NCBI GenBank assembly: GCA_028023455.1
Contig: JAQFVV010000010.1
Coordinates: 1,674,001-1,738,000 of the forward strand
DNA: 64,000 bases
Reading direction: 5' to 3'
DNA from: Epiperipatus broadwayi
Taxonomy: Eukaryota > Animalia > Onychophora
Of the stretch, positions 43,510 through 56,081 are shown in pieces; the stretch's first letter is position 1, and every line of letters begins with the position of its first letter. The translations under genes were made by a program, and so were the position numbers. The notes beneath the pieces are model-generated. The model was given only the letters and a program-made list of their open reading frames with translations, was not told where the DNA came from and searched no databases.

Positions 43510-44230
43510 GGAAGAAAGTGAAGAAGTCAAAGATTTAGGTAGCACCCAAGGTGTGGCTTCTCTTACTATTTATGACTGTTTTTGTTCATAAAAGAACAGT
43601 TTGAAAAACAATTAAAATGAGAGTAGAATTAAATGAGAAAATAAACAATCAATCAAAAAACATAGAGAATAAGTTGGTTGAGATTCCAGATAGAGTTAGA
43701 ACAGAATTAGCTGAATTAAAAGAATTACCAAAAGAGAATTTTAAAGAAATCAAATGCATAAGGAAAACATATGAAGGGAGAAATATTCAAAGAATCTAAT
43801 TATGAATTTTATTTGTTTAAGAAGAATTATAAGCAAGTAGAGGAGAACTTAGATAAAAATTTTGAAAGAGATATAAATAAATTAAAAAGATACAGAGCAG
43901 AAGAATCTGAAGACATATTAAGAAGGCCAAAATGCAAATCTAAAAATGTGAATAAAAAACAAATTAAGTATTAAAAGGGACTTGGGGTGGTATCAAATGA
44001 ATGAATACCTAAGTGAGACAGAATATAAAGATATTGAAGGCAAGTTAATAGAAATTTTAAATAAGTCAAAATTAGAGATAAAATTATTTAGGAAAGCACA
44101 TAACAAAATATAAAGTGATTTTGAAAAAATGTAAAAAGTAGTAAAAATGAGAACATTTAAGTCTCAGGAGTGCATAAGACAGGATGATGAGACAAAATTA
44201 TATATTTTAGATAAATTAAGTGGTAAGATT
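43510..44230 (+). mobile_element. Decayed coiled-coil ORF, probably LINE ORF1
   Basis: E/K-rich heptads (MRVELNEKINNQSKNIENKL...) followed by EGKLIEILNKSKLEIKLFRKAH. Confidence 0.35.
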
Positions 44231-46029
44231 AAATGCAAAATGAAAATAATATCTATCATGTTTATTTGATCAGTATGGTGTTAAAAAGGTATTGCTATAG
44301 GGGTTAAGATTAACTGTAAAATGAAAATAGTATGTGTCGAGTATTTATTTAATCAGTCTAGGGTTTAGGAAATGTTGCTATTTACTGCAAAATGAAAATG
44401 GTCTCTACAAGTATTACCTAATCGTCAGTGGATTCAATCTGAAGGGAATTAACCTGTCAAGGTACATTCAGTGCACAGAGACTAAGACCAGTCCCATCAG
44501 TAAACTTTGTATACAAATTTTAATTCTTAATGTTATAGGATAATAACCAGAATTAACTCATCTAGCTAGTGATAAGTTCTGAATTATCATCTGATCAGTC
44601 AACGATTTTTTGTAGTATTTATATATTGAATAACAAGTTTTAAAGAAAAAATTTTTGATTGAAGAAAGAGGCAAACTGTAATCATATATTTAAGCCATTC
44701 GGGGTTAAATATAACTTACAATAATAATTTTTAAAAGAAATCATTCCTTAAATAAAACTAACCTTCTCAGTTAACTTTGTTCTAATTAAGATATATAGGT
44801 ATTAGTTAAACAACCCAATTGTCAATAAAACAGTTTATTAAATATGCTTATTAATAAACATTAGTTGTTGTTTTTTTTTTTGGTAGATGCATAAAATTTT
44901 AATTTTACAGTCTAAACTGAAGTAAATATTAGTTTAGGATTTGCTGTTTTAATGTATTTATATTAAATAAATTTATATAGATATTTGCCAATTATAGTTT
45001 ATTAAATATGTTATAGTTTTTTCGACAGTAAATGCTTTAAAAATAATGTTTAAAACAATGTTTAAATGAAATTTTAGTTATCTAGTTGATATTTGAGAGA
45101 AATTAGAAATTTTTGATTTAATAAATTGTATTAAGTAGTTGACTTAAATGTAGTTATTATTTTCTGAAATACATGTGTGTATAATGTTCAAATGCCTGTA
45201 TGTAAAGTAAGGCTGGGAATTAATAAAATTATTAATTATTTTAAAAAAGTGAAAATATTTTATAATAGTATTGAATAATTATAATAAGGAACTCTCAAGT
45301 AAAAAAAGTTAATAAATGTTTTAAATAAAAAGTTATTTAATTAATCAAGACTGTGTTTTAAAATACATATTTTATTAAGTTAAATTTTTTTCTTCTTAAA
45401 GATAATTATGCAACTATCTCTTTAACTAAAAGTTCAAGATCAAACTAATCAAAGTGTCAGCTTAATACTAGTGATAAATGCACTGCCTCCAATACTTTAT
45501 ATTCCATTGAACAATGGCATGTCACATGGAAATAAAGCAGAAAAACACACACTAATATATAAAAGAATTTTTAAAAAAATAAAGATGTGATTGAAAAGAA
45601 AGTGATATTAAAAATTAAAGAAGGAAATAAAATTAACTAGTTTTCATTTTTTATTTTTCAAATTAATTTATCTAAATGAAGGTGTGAAAAGCTAATACTT
45701 ATCCTTGTATTAATTTTTTTTACAGTATATGTTAAGCCATGCATTTAGTGATAGTCATGAAAGAATGATAAATTCACATTATTTAAAGAAATTATAAAGA
45801 TGATGGAACTGAAAAATTACCTGGAAGCTGAGAGAACATCAGGAGATGAGTATGCATTTTGCTTTATCATAAAATTATTAATTAATTTGAACTTTCAGTT
45901 ACTATTTATTAATTCTCATATATATTATGTACATTTTGAAACTGACAGTTATAATAAGTAATTAATTTATTGGTTATGACTTCATTTATTTTAACTTTAA
46001 AAGAAAGAAGTTATATAGACTGATTTTGA

Positions 46030-46870
46030 AGCACTTTGGCAAAAGAGGTACTAAACATCCAAATTCCAATACTCCACTCATTCATAAATACACAGATTTA
46101 AAAAACTTTCTTCATAGAAACTTTAAGCTCTGCAAATTTGAGACTGATCAGAAACAAACGATTGAATTATTTATTAGAGATCTTTCAACATAGAATACAA
46201 TACAATTTTAAAAATATTCCCACAATGATTACTAACTTTTACAGTAAAATTTCAACCTACAATCATTCTCCCCAGTAATAAAAAATGGTCTAGTCTTCCC
46301 TACATCTTGAAAGTCATGAAGATGCGAAATAATATTTGTGTGGATAAATACATTTCTTTTTCTTCACCTTTGTCTTTTAACAAACTTTTAAATAATTCAA
46401 AGGAATTCCACAAAGAGGCCTCACATCAAATTATTTATAAGATCAACTGCTCTGCCCCTATTTGTTTAAAGGTATACTATAGGGAAACCCACTCCAACTT
46501 GACCACTAGACTCACCCAACTTAATTATCTGTATATGATAAGAAAAGCATTGCATCTTCTTCCCTTTTTGTCAATCATGAGTTGCTATCTGATCATAACT
46601 TTGATCTTTCTACAGACAACATAATTTTTTCAGAGCTCAAAGATAGAAAAAGAAAGGTTAAGGAGGCTTTGTCAATTGCCAAAAATATTCATACCATCAA
46701 TAAAAAAGACTCCTGCACAACTTTTTCTTTAAAAAATGATGCTTATAGCTTTTTCATCTTTAAGTATTAATTTTGATCTCGATCTAATTTATTATTCAAC
46801 ACTTCAACTCCCTCCCCTTTTATTGTGCTATGATTAGGATACTGTATGGTATCAAAAGTACTTAGCTTCA
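46030..46870 (+). mobile_element. PLE 3' fragment (RT thumb, GIY-YIG, HHR-like motif)
   Basis: NFKLCKFETD; QIIYKINCSAPICLKVYYRETHSNLTTRL; HHR-like motif at 46827-46866. Confidence 0.8.
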
Positions 46871-47355
46871 AATAAATTATTGTGTACTTCAAACTCAAAC
46901 CTGTTTAGTTGTTAAATGTTTTAGCATTTGTTTATTAATTAAAATACTATTAGTAAAAAACTGCCAAGTTTTTCTTTTTGTTACCAATAAAATTTTTAAA
47001 GCTGTATATTTCTTTTGTTTTAACATAAAAGAAAAAGAAAAGATGAATTGTTTTTAAGTTTCAACTAAAAATAATATAAAATGTGATATCTTTAGAATGC
47101 TGTTTATAAATTTAATGGAGGAAAATGTTATTAAAATGGACGTTTTTAAGACATTTAAAAAGACTTTATAGATATTTTTTATCTTTCAGCCAATGTCAAT
47201 AAAAGATATCATCATTATTATTGTTAATCAAGTATCCAGAAATAATCTACTTGTTGATTGTTGGTTTATTTTGGAACTCAACTAAAGGAAAAGTAATTTA
47301 AATTCCTTTTATACTTAAAGATCAATTAAGTAATGAAAAACTTATGATGTGATTA

Positions 47356-47459
47356 AAAGCTTGTAGAGGAATTGGCAATCCTCACTGTTTATAACTTGCA
47401 AGCTTAAGAGATAGGGTCATGTGATCTATGAATTGATCTATGACTTTTATTTTGACTAT
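47356..47459. mobile_element. 104-bp insertion with a 14-bp TSD, probably F1-related
   Basis: ttatgatgtgatta at 47342-47355 and 47460-47473; empty site in the opposite arm; caagc.taaga.at.g.g.tcatgtgat resembles the F1 tail. Confidence 0.55.
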
Positions 47460-48369
47460 TTATGATGTGATTATTTCCCTTTTCATTAAGCTGTTCTAGG
47501 CAATCCAATATATTGATTTAGTGAATTGAATTGTAGCTGCAGAAAATATTTAAAGAAGCTCTTAACTTAAACTTTTGCATGTGTTTTTTCTTATAATCCC
47601 TCTAATATTTAAATTAAAGACTTGTACAATACCTTTCAGCCAAAAAGAAAACAAAAATGACTCCTTGCTTGAGGGATTCTCTTTCTTCCAATAATGAGAA
47701 TTAATCCTTTTAGCAAGGAGTCTCTTCTTGACTGAAAGATATTATACAAGTCTTTAATTATAAGTATTAAAAGAAAAACACACACATAAGAGTTTAAGTT
47801 AGGAGTGTCTTTAAATATTTTCTGTGGCTACAATTCAATAAAACAATGTGTTGGATTGATAGGGGCAGATTCATGAATAGTGAAATAATTCCATCCTAAG
47901 TTTTTTATTACTTAATTAATCTTTAAGCATAAAATGAATTTGAACTATTTTTTTTTTTAGTTGAGTGGCAAAACAAACTAACAATTAACACCTACATTAT
48001 TTCTGGATACTTGATTAACAATAATAATGATATCTTTTATTGACATTGGCTGAAAGATAAAAAATATCAATAGACTTTTTAAAGGTTTTAAAAGACAATT
48101 TTAATAAGTTTCCTCTGTTAAATTTATAAAAAGCATTCTTAAGATATCGCATTTTGTCTTATTGTTAAAGCTAATTGAAACTTGAAAATAATTCAATTTT
48201 TATTTTTCTCTCAAGTTAGAACAAAAGAAATATACAGCTTTAAAGTTTTTATTCATAACAAGAAGAAAAATATGGTGGTCTTTTGCTAATGGTATTATAA
48301 TGAATCAGCAAGTATTAAAACATTTAATCACTAAACAAGTTTGGGTTTGAAATACAAAAAATTTATTTG

Positions 48370-49420
48370 AAGCTAAGTACTATCGATAGCATATAGTATT
48401 AAAATCATAGCATAATAAAAGGGGAGGGAGTTGTCATCCACATATAATATAAGTGTTGAATAATAAATTGGATCGAGATCAAAATAAATATTTAAAGGTG
48501 AATTTATATACTAACGAGAAGTGAGGAAACCATAAGCCCCATTATTTTAGAAAGAGAGGTGCTGGAGTCTTTTTTATTTATGGTATGAATATCTTTGGCA
48601 ACTGATAAAGCCTCCTTAACCTTTCTCTTTCAATCATTCAACTCTGAACAAATGATGTTAGCTGTGGAAAGACCAAAGTTATGACAAAATAGCAACTCAT
48701 GAGTGAGGAAAAGGGAAGAATATGCAGTGCTTTTTTTAGCATGATTATACAAGTAATTATGTTGGGTGAGTCTAGTGACCAAATTGGTGTGGGTTTCCCC
48801 ATAGTATACCTTTAAACAAATAAGGTTAGAACAATTCAACTTCTAAGCAATTTGACGTGAGGCCTCTTTGGGGAGTTTATCCATTGATTGATTCAAACAT
48901 TTGTTAAGAGATGGAGGTGAATGAAAAATAATGTTATATTTGTCAATTATCAATAAACAAGTCATATATAATGTGACATTGCTTTTATAAGCTTGTATTT
49001 ACAAAAATGTAATACAGAGTGTACCAATAGCTCAAAGAGATAGTTTGAGCTATTGGTATGCTCTCTGTATTATATTATTGTATTTATCAATGCAAATATT
49101 TTTAGCTTATTCGCAACTTTCAAGACTAAAAGAGACTAAATCATTTTTTATCATTAGGGAGTGATTGTAGGTTAAGAGATTTTATTGTAAAAGTTAATAA
49201 CATTTGTGTGAATATTTTTAAGGTTGTTTTCTATATTGATAAGATCTTTAACAAATAATTCAATGTTTTGTTTCCAATCAGCCTCAAATTTGCAGAGCTT
49301 AAATTTTTTATGAAGAATGTTTTTTGGGCCTGCATATTTATGAGTGAGTGGAGCATTAGAGTTCAGGTATATAGTACCTTTAACACCAAAGTGTTTCAAA
49401 ATTATTCTATATAACTTATT
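48370..49420 (-). mobile_element. PLE 3' fragment, mirror copy in the right arm of the palindrome
   Basis: ORF 49172-49399 (NSNAPLTHK...KLCKFEAD) is homologous to ORF 15779-16054; CLKVYYGETHTNLVTRL. Confidence 0.85.
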
Positions 49421-49499
49421 TTAAAATTAAAATAGTGTAGTCATAATCAATAAATTAATTACTTGTTATAACTAATGTCAGTTTCAATATATATATACA

Positions 49500-50477
49500 C
49501 ACCTGGGTCTCATTTTACGTGATAGGTTCCTCAGAAAACATGCGCAAATGAAATTGTGCAAAAATAGACGTAACTTACTTTGAAAAAGGGGGGATACGGA
49601 CTGTGATTTTTCAAAAATTGCGTAAAAGCAAAGCACCAATGTAAAATTACTTTAAAATTCATGCAAAAAAAAAAAATAAGGAAATAAAATATGACTAATA
49701 AAAAATTTCAAATTTGAAAAAAATTGATACAAGACAAACTTTTTTTAACTATAATATTTAATTTTATTCAAAATAATGTATTTTTATGCATAATTTACAG
49801 AACAGTAATTTACATTTTTTTATACACGTTTTAATTATTATCGCTATTTGCTGATAAACAGGTTCATTTGCAAACTGGTAAAAAATCAGATTCTTCACAA
49901 GAGGAAATACAACTAGTGCCAACTTCACTCTCATGTTGTGTTAATGGTTTTCTGGTGACAATGTAATTAGTAATTAATCTTTGTAATTTTTAAATTGTTA
50001 ATTACAATTAAAAATCAGATTTTAATTTTTAATTGTTAAATTTAATTGTGCACACTGCTATTACTCACCTTTTAAAAATAAACTTGCGGACACTAAATGA
50101 TTAATAATTGATTACATTTTTTTTTTAAAAAGCAAAAACAGAATGTGATTTAAAATGAAAATTAACACGCACAATGTTTGAACAAATTTACATTATAATC
50201 TTGTAAAATTTAATGTGTGTATACATAAAATGTGGAAATCATGATTTTGATTTCATTATTGCATAAAATCTTACTATTATAAAGCACTGAAAATATTGAA
50301 ATTACTAAGATGAAAGTCGAATTTCAATAATGTGCAATTACTTTCAATATGACGTAGGTGCACAAAATTTTTTATTTAAAGTAATAGCGCATTATTGGAG
50401 TTCGACTTCCAAAGAAACATGAATCGCATAATTTCAAAATCGCGTTAAATAAATCCACGTAAAAAGAGACCCAGGTG
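49500..50477. mobile_element. MITE / non-autonomous Tc1-mariner-type DNA transposon
   Basis: TIR CACCTGGGTCTC(A/T)TTTTACGTG at both ends, inserted in (TA)n, absent from the left arm, no ORF. Confidence 0.85.
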
Positions 50478-51973
50478 TATATATATCATAATTAATGAGT
50501 AATAACCAAAAGTTCAAATTAATTAATAATGCATACTCATTTTCTGATATTCTATCAGGTTCTGGTAATTTTTCGTTTCCAATGTCTTTATCATTTGTTT
50601 AAATAATGTGAAATTAACATTGTTTTGTGACTATCATTAAATGTATGGTTTAACATATAGTGTGGAAAGAATAACACAGGGATAATTGTTAGCTTTTCAC
50701 CTCTTCATTCAGATAAATTATTTTGAAAAATAAAAATAAAATGAAAGTGAAAACTAGTTAATTTTCTTTCCTTTTTCTTTTAATTTTTAATACCATCTTT
50801 TTTTCTATAATTTCAACCACAACGTTTCTTCTTTTATATACATGCATGTGGTATTTTTTCTGCATTATTTCAAATTTAAAGTATTTGAGGTGGGACATTT
50901 AACACTAGCATTAAGTGATTCTTTAATTAATTTGACCTTGACTTTTATTTTTAAAAAACTGTCTAATCATGTATTTGTCTAGATAGTTGAATAATTATCT
51001 TTAAGAAAAAAAATTATTTAACTTAATAAAATGATATATTTATTTTAAAACATACTCTTGATTGATTAAGTGTTGACTGGCTTTTAATAATTGATGAATT
51101 AAATATATTTTTATTTAAAACATTTATTAACTTTATTTTACTTAAGAGTTTATTATAATTTTTATTATTCAATACTGTTATAAAGTATTATTTAATAATT
51201 AACACTTTTATTAATTCCTAGCTTTACTTTACACACATAGGCACTTAAACATTATTTACATATGTATTTCAGTAAATAATAACCTATTTTTAAATAATAA
51301 TAATTCAACTACTTAATACAATTTATTAAATCAAAAACCACTAATTTCACTTATCATCTAGATAACTAACACTTTATTTAAATATTGTTTTAAACATTAT
51401 TTTAAAAGGTATTTACTTTTGAATAAACTATAACAGACTTAATAAACTATAACTGAAAAATATCAATATAAATTTATTTAGTATAACTACTTTAAAGAAA
51501 TAGATCCTAAACTAATATTTACTTCAGTTTAGACTATAAAATTAAAATTCCATGCATCTACCAACAAGCCAAATAAGATTTCTAAAATAATTATTAACAT
51601 GCATATTTAATAAACTTTTATTGACAGTTGGACATTTAATTAATACCTATATAACTTAATTAGAACAAAGTTAACTGAGAACAAGCTTAGTGTTATTTAA
51701 GAAAAAAATCAAATTATTATTATGTTATATTTAATCCTTATGGGCTTAACTATATGGCTACAATATATATATATATCACTAGATATTTCTGCTGCAAGTT
51801 ACAATGTATACCTCTTATGTATATATCATACTTAGTCTGTGTACATAATAATACATGTGTATATATTGTAAATGAACTTTATTTAATACATATAATTTTA
51901 CTTTAAATCAATATCACATATACAACATATATAAGAAATTAGATATTTCTGCAGTAAGTTAATATATATATAT

Positions 51974-52290
51974 ACTCTTAATGTATATCTTATATTTAGT
52001 AAGCATACATAATTATGTATAATAAGTCACTAAGTTTTTTTATTTAAAATTGTTTGATAGTTTTTATTTTTATTTTAAAGTAGTTGTTTTAATAAAAAAA
52101 ACACTAAACAAGAAAATTTGCAATCATTTTAATTAATACAAGTTTTTAAATTTATCTTCTTTAAAAAAAAACAAATGTTTAAAAATAAAATAAAAACTAT
52201 CAAACAATTTTAAATAGAAAACTTAATTACTGATATATTATATGTATATAATTATGTACATATACTAAATATGATGCATGCATTAAGAGT
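51974..52290. repeat. AT-rich foldback with arms of about 110 bp
   Basis: actcttaatg...tttaaaattgtttgatagtttttatt pairs with aataaaaactatcaaacaattttaaa...cattaagagt. Confidence 0.65.
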
Positions 52291-53487
52291 TTTAAATGGT
52301 TTTTAAAATGTTATTAAATTGAAAGAAAAAATATTTAGATGCTTTCTCATGATCATTATTTAAAACAAATCAAAGTTCTAAGAATAATTATTAACTGTGA
52401 TATGAGAAGTTATTAAATATTTTTAATATTTTCCCACCCTCTGTTGCATATCTATCTAACTAGTTGACATTGAAAAGATGTTTCAATTTGATTATGCTGA
52501 TATAATTTACTTATATACCAATTTTCAAGTAATTTTACTGAATTTAAATATATTAAGCCTCAATTTTGAAAAAGATCAAAAGTTAAACTGATTTTTCAAC
52601 TTCAATATAAGCATTTAATAAATTATAAATGAAATATATTTAAAATTTTAATAGCTAATAAAAAGAGTTGGACAATGAATGAATATTAGTTTAATTTTTT
52701 TTTTAAAATAAAATACACTCTCTACTAATTCATTGTTTTAGATTAACATTTTTTGTGTATGTATGTGTTTTTACCTTCAGAAATTCGTCTTATAACAATA
52801 ATATTTTTGCAATCAGCCTCATGCACCAAAACTTATTGGGATGATTCTGCTTCCATCTTATAGAAAACCTTGCGAAGTGATATATATAGATTCATTAAAT
52901 ATGGACTGCACTCTAAGTCTAAAAGTACATTTTCAACTTTATTTGGACTATAAGTCTTCTAGTGAAAAACAGAATGAATTGTTAAAAACATATAAACTAT
53001 ATTTTTGCTGATATTATAAAATGTGTGTAATGCCCATAATTACAATTTTTACACAGAGAACATGTCAAGATAACTATTCTATTCATGTCATTTATTATCT
53101 AATCAAAGTAGAATAATCTTAAACAAGTAAATATAATAAATAATAGATATTCCTACTTTATATAATACTAAAAATTTCAATTGTAGCATCAAACTTAATT
53201 ATCTCAATGCAAATTTATTTCAACTATTTGTTAAAATGCTAAAAAAAACTCCTCAACAATTTCTTTTAGAGAAATAGTGAAGGAAAAGAGAATAATCAGC
53301 AGGTTTTCTCTCTACCTGGTGATGAGGCTTTGATCATTCTTCATCTTTGTTTTATCTCTATCTAAAAATAATTATATAATTCTCTCATTTATCATCTAAC
53401 TGAGAATGGATAGATAACCATTTATTGATCAATATTGGATTGGATATCTGAAAAAAAAATTCTAAACCTGAGTATAACCTGAAAAAA

Positions 53488-53550
53488 ATTTCAAGATTGC
53501 TCGGTCCAGATTCGAATCCGGATTGTAAGCATGCAGGCAGATCAGGCAGT
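53488..53550 (-). mobile_element. tRNA-SINE remnant
   Basis: Reverse strand ccggattcgaatctggaccgagca (B-box arm) followed by a T-rich tail. Confidence 0.4.
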
Positions 53551-53903
53551 TCTTTATATATATATTCAAAAGAAAATTATTTTAAAAATTCAAGTGTTCA
53601 TTTTAAAACCATCAAAAAAAATTAATAAAAATTAAAAATTTAATCTAGAATTTAACAAAATGGAGTTGTTATTAAAAATTAATTATATTACAGATGCAGC
53701 ACTTAATTATTTGCAGAAAAAATTCAGATAGTTTCAAAATCGATCTTACGTTTATGCACGTCAATATTTACAAATTGCTTGTCACCTTATCACATTTTTA
53801 TTTTAGATTTCATATTTAGAACTACATCGGAAAATGTTAGTAACTCATATTTAGAATTAGTCATAAATTTTAACAATTAATATATAAATATTATACTTCT
53901 TAC

Positions 53904-54050
53904 CTTTTCCTTCTGAGGAATTTTGTAGGCGTCTACACATAACTCAGGTAATAGTAACATTAGCAATAAACTTAATTGTAAGATTATTTCTTTTAATTGA
54001 TAAAATATTGAAGTATATGTAACACTTAAAACTATTGAACTTGTACGCAT
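53904..54050 (-). CDS. First coding exon of a host gene; signal-peptide-like N-terminus (MRTSS...LQLSLLLMLLLPELCVDA-YKIPQKEK)
   Basis: ATG at 54050; 49 open codons with a hydrophobic core and small-residue cleavage site (VDA); strong phase-0 donor AAG|GTAAGA; lies in a CpG-retaining region. Confidence 0.7.
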
Positions 54051-56081
54051 TTTTCTATCTAATAACGAAAACTTTATAAAAAGCAATATCTTCGCCTCTT
54101 TATGATCCGATGTTCATTTTATAATTCGTATAAATTCTGCCGAAAATATAAATGTTTTTGATAAACACAAAAAAGAATAACGCAAGCATGCCGCTATCAA
54201 TTTTTCAATCTATTTGAGAAAATTAGATCAAACTAAAATCCTAGTACAAGAAAAGATTTCTGGAAATACACTAATGTGCGCGAATGTTGTATACTATAGC
54301 ACTCTTTTAAATTAAAAAATAAATAAGTAGAGTATTTACGGTTATTAAGTGTTGACAGTTTTTTAAGCTAGAATATAGAGCTAATTAGATTATATATATA
54401 TTTTCGTTGCTATAGAAGTAAATTAGTCTCTATTGAACCAAAGAAGTTGTAAGCGGAGGATGTTTAAAATAATTAGCAAAACATCATATTTTTATCACTT
54501 TTACGATTATTTTCTTTGAAGCTCTTTCTTCTAGTAAGAAAACTGTCAACATAGTTGTGATAGAGAGTAACGTGGATTTAAAAAAAAAAAAACATCTAAA
54601 AAAAGTAAATAAAGTAACGATCGTACAGAAGTTCCGCGGATTTCAAACGCATAGCATTTGTTACTTTAATCCTGGATCTTATAAAGTCATCATTTAGCGT
54701 CTTAAAGTTGACGCAATTGATTAAGCAAGTAGACCGAGCGGCTGTAAGCAAGACTATCCATTACACCAACTTTCCAGTTTTTAATCCCGGTTATTAGCCG
54801 ACGTCTAATAGAGGGATGATAAATGATGTGCTAAAAAATGTTATAAGCAAACAACTTAAATTAATTGAACTTTGTTTAAATTTTAACCGTCGATTATTTA
54901 AAATAAATAATTATTTTGCCATAAAACTTTTAAAGTGAATTTGATTCACTTATTTCGTTTTAACAAGTAACAAATAATTATTAAATCTATTAAAATAATA
55001 AAAATACATTTATGATACATATTACGCATTTTGGCTAAGATGTTGGTCTATAGTCGGGATATATAAGTACAAGCATAAACATATATAGCTTCGTTAGTAA
55101 ATAATGCATTATATACTAGAATCGTTCATTATATTTATAGGAATTGAATTTTAAGATTGATCTTAAAAAATTGAATAAAATTTACAAAATAAATATGATA
55201 ACAGGCAAATTACCTTTAGATGAAGATTCAAACTTGACGTTTTTAAAGATAAGTTGCCATTGAATTTTGGTGAATGTTATCTGAATAAAACTCGTGTGAT
55301 CTTGAGTATCTGTGAATTCATGCGTATATATTAATATTGTAAATAAAATTTACTAATAAATTAGTATAATCATAATCAGTTAGTGCTTCGAAAATTTACA
55401 TACGTCACGCATACATTTAAATGTCATTAATATTAATATATGCTAATGAGGATTGATCTGGTACAAAAAACATTGGAGAGAACTACAATGTGTGTGTGTG
55501 TGTAAGCGTCAGTCAATAAGTTCTTTGGGGCTGTCCTTAATCGATAGTTTATTGTCGCAACAAGCTATATGTAACAGTTGTGTATATTATGCACTGTATA
55601 AGAAACCCAATAAATGGTAACACAAGTAAACAATGACAAGCTAAATTTGTGATGCATATGTAGAAATAAATCACCAAATCAGAAGTTTATTAAAATAGAA
55701 GACTGCTTTGTTATTTTTTAATTTATTTATTTTTATTATAAACTGTAGAGATTATAAAGTAATTTCTAATAAATATTAATTCTTTTATTTATATATGTTT
55801 TCTTTTGGTAAATGAATAAACTGGTATAATGAGAGTGGAGTTTTATTTAATAACACTTATTAATGCTACCCAGTTGATATTAATTAAAATACCTCCAATG
55901 ATATTGCATAATGGTGCTGATCGACAGAGGAAAACTTGTCCAAGGAAATAGAATGGTGCAGATTGATAGTCGGAAACGTGTGCAAGCAAATAGAATTGCA
56001 TGGACTGATAATTTACTGAGTTCTTTGCAGGAAATGGCCTGATTAAGGAGAGGATAATATATTCGACATTAGTAAAATTTT

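Larger units (their letters stand above)
44677..51760. repeat. Large diverged palindrome; arms about 3 kb, centre at about 47690
   Basis: Colinear reverse-complement matches from ttaagcc...aaatataac (44690/51745) through to gactccttgct/agcaaggagtc (47660/47715). Confidence 0.85.
53400..55600. promoter_or_regulatory. CpG-retaining region around the host gene 5' end (probable promoter)
   Basis: CG dinucleotides are visibly frequent (ccgcgg, gacgca, accgagcgg, gccgacgtc) compared with the CpG-depleted transposon DNA; overlaps the first exon. Confidence 0.5.

Noticed and set aside
45725-45850. Exon-like segment in the palindrome arms (mirror at 50530-50660)
   Set aside because: Stops in both arms and the acceptor is mutated in the host-sense copy
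52776-52914. Possible host exon (LECSPYLMNLYISLRK..., ZP-like start) with AG/GT ends
   Set aside because: All three frames contain stops and the phase does not fit the first exon
53315-53362. Possible 47-bp minus-strand exon
   Set aside because: The phase-0 reading hits a stop; the open frame is phase-incompatible with exon 1
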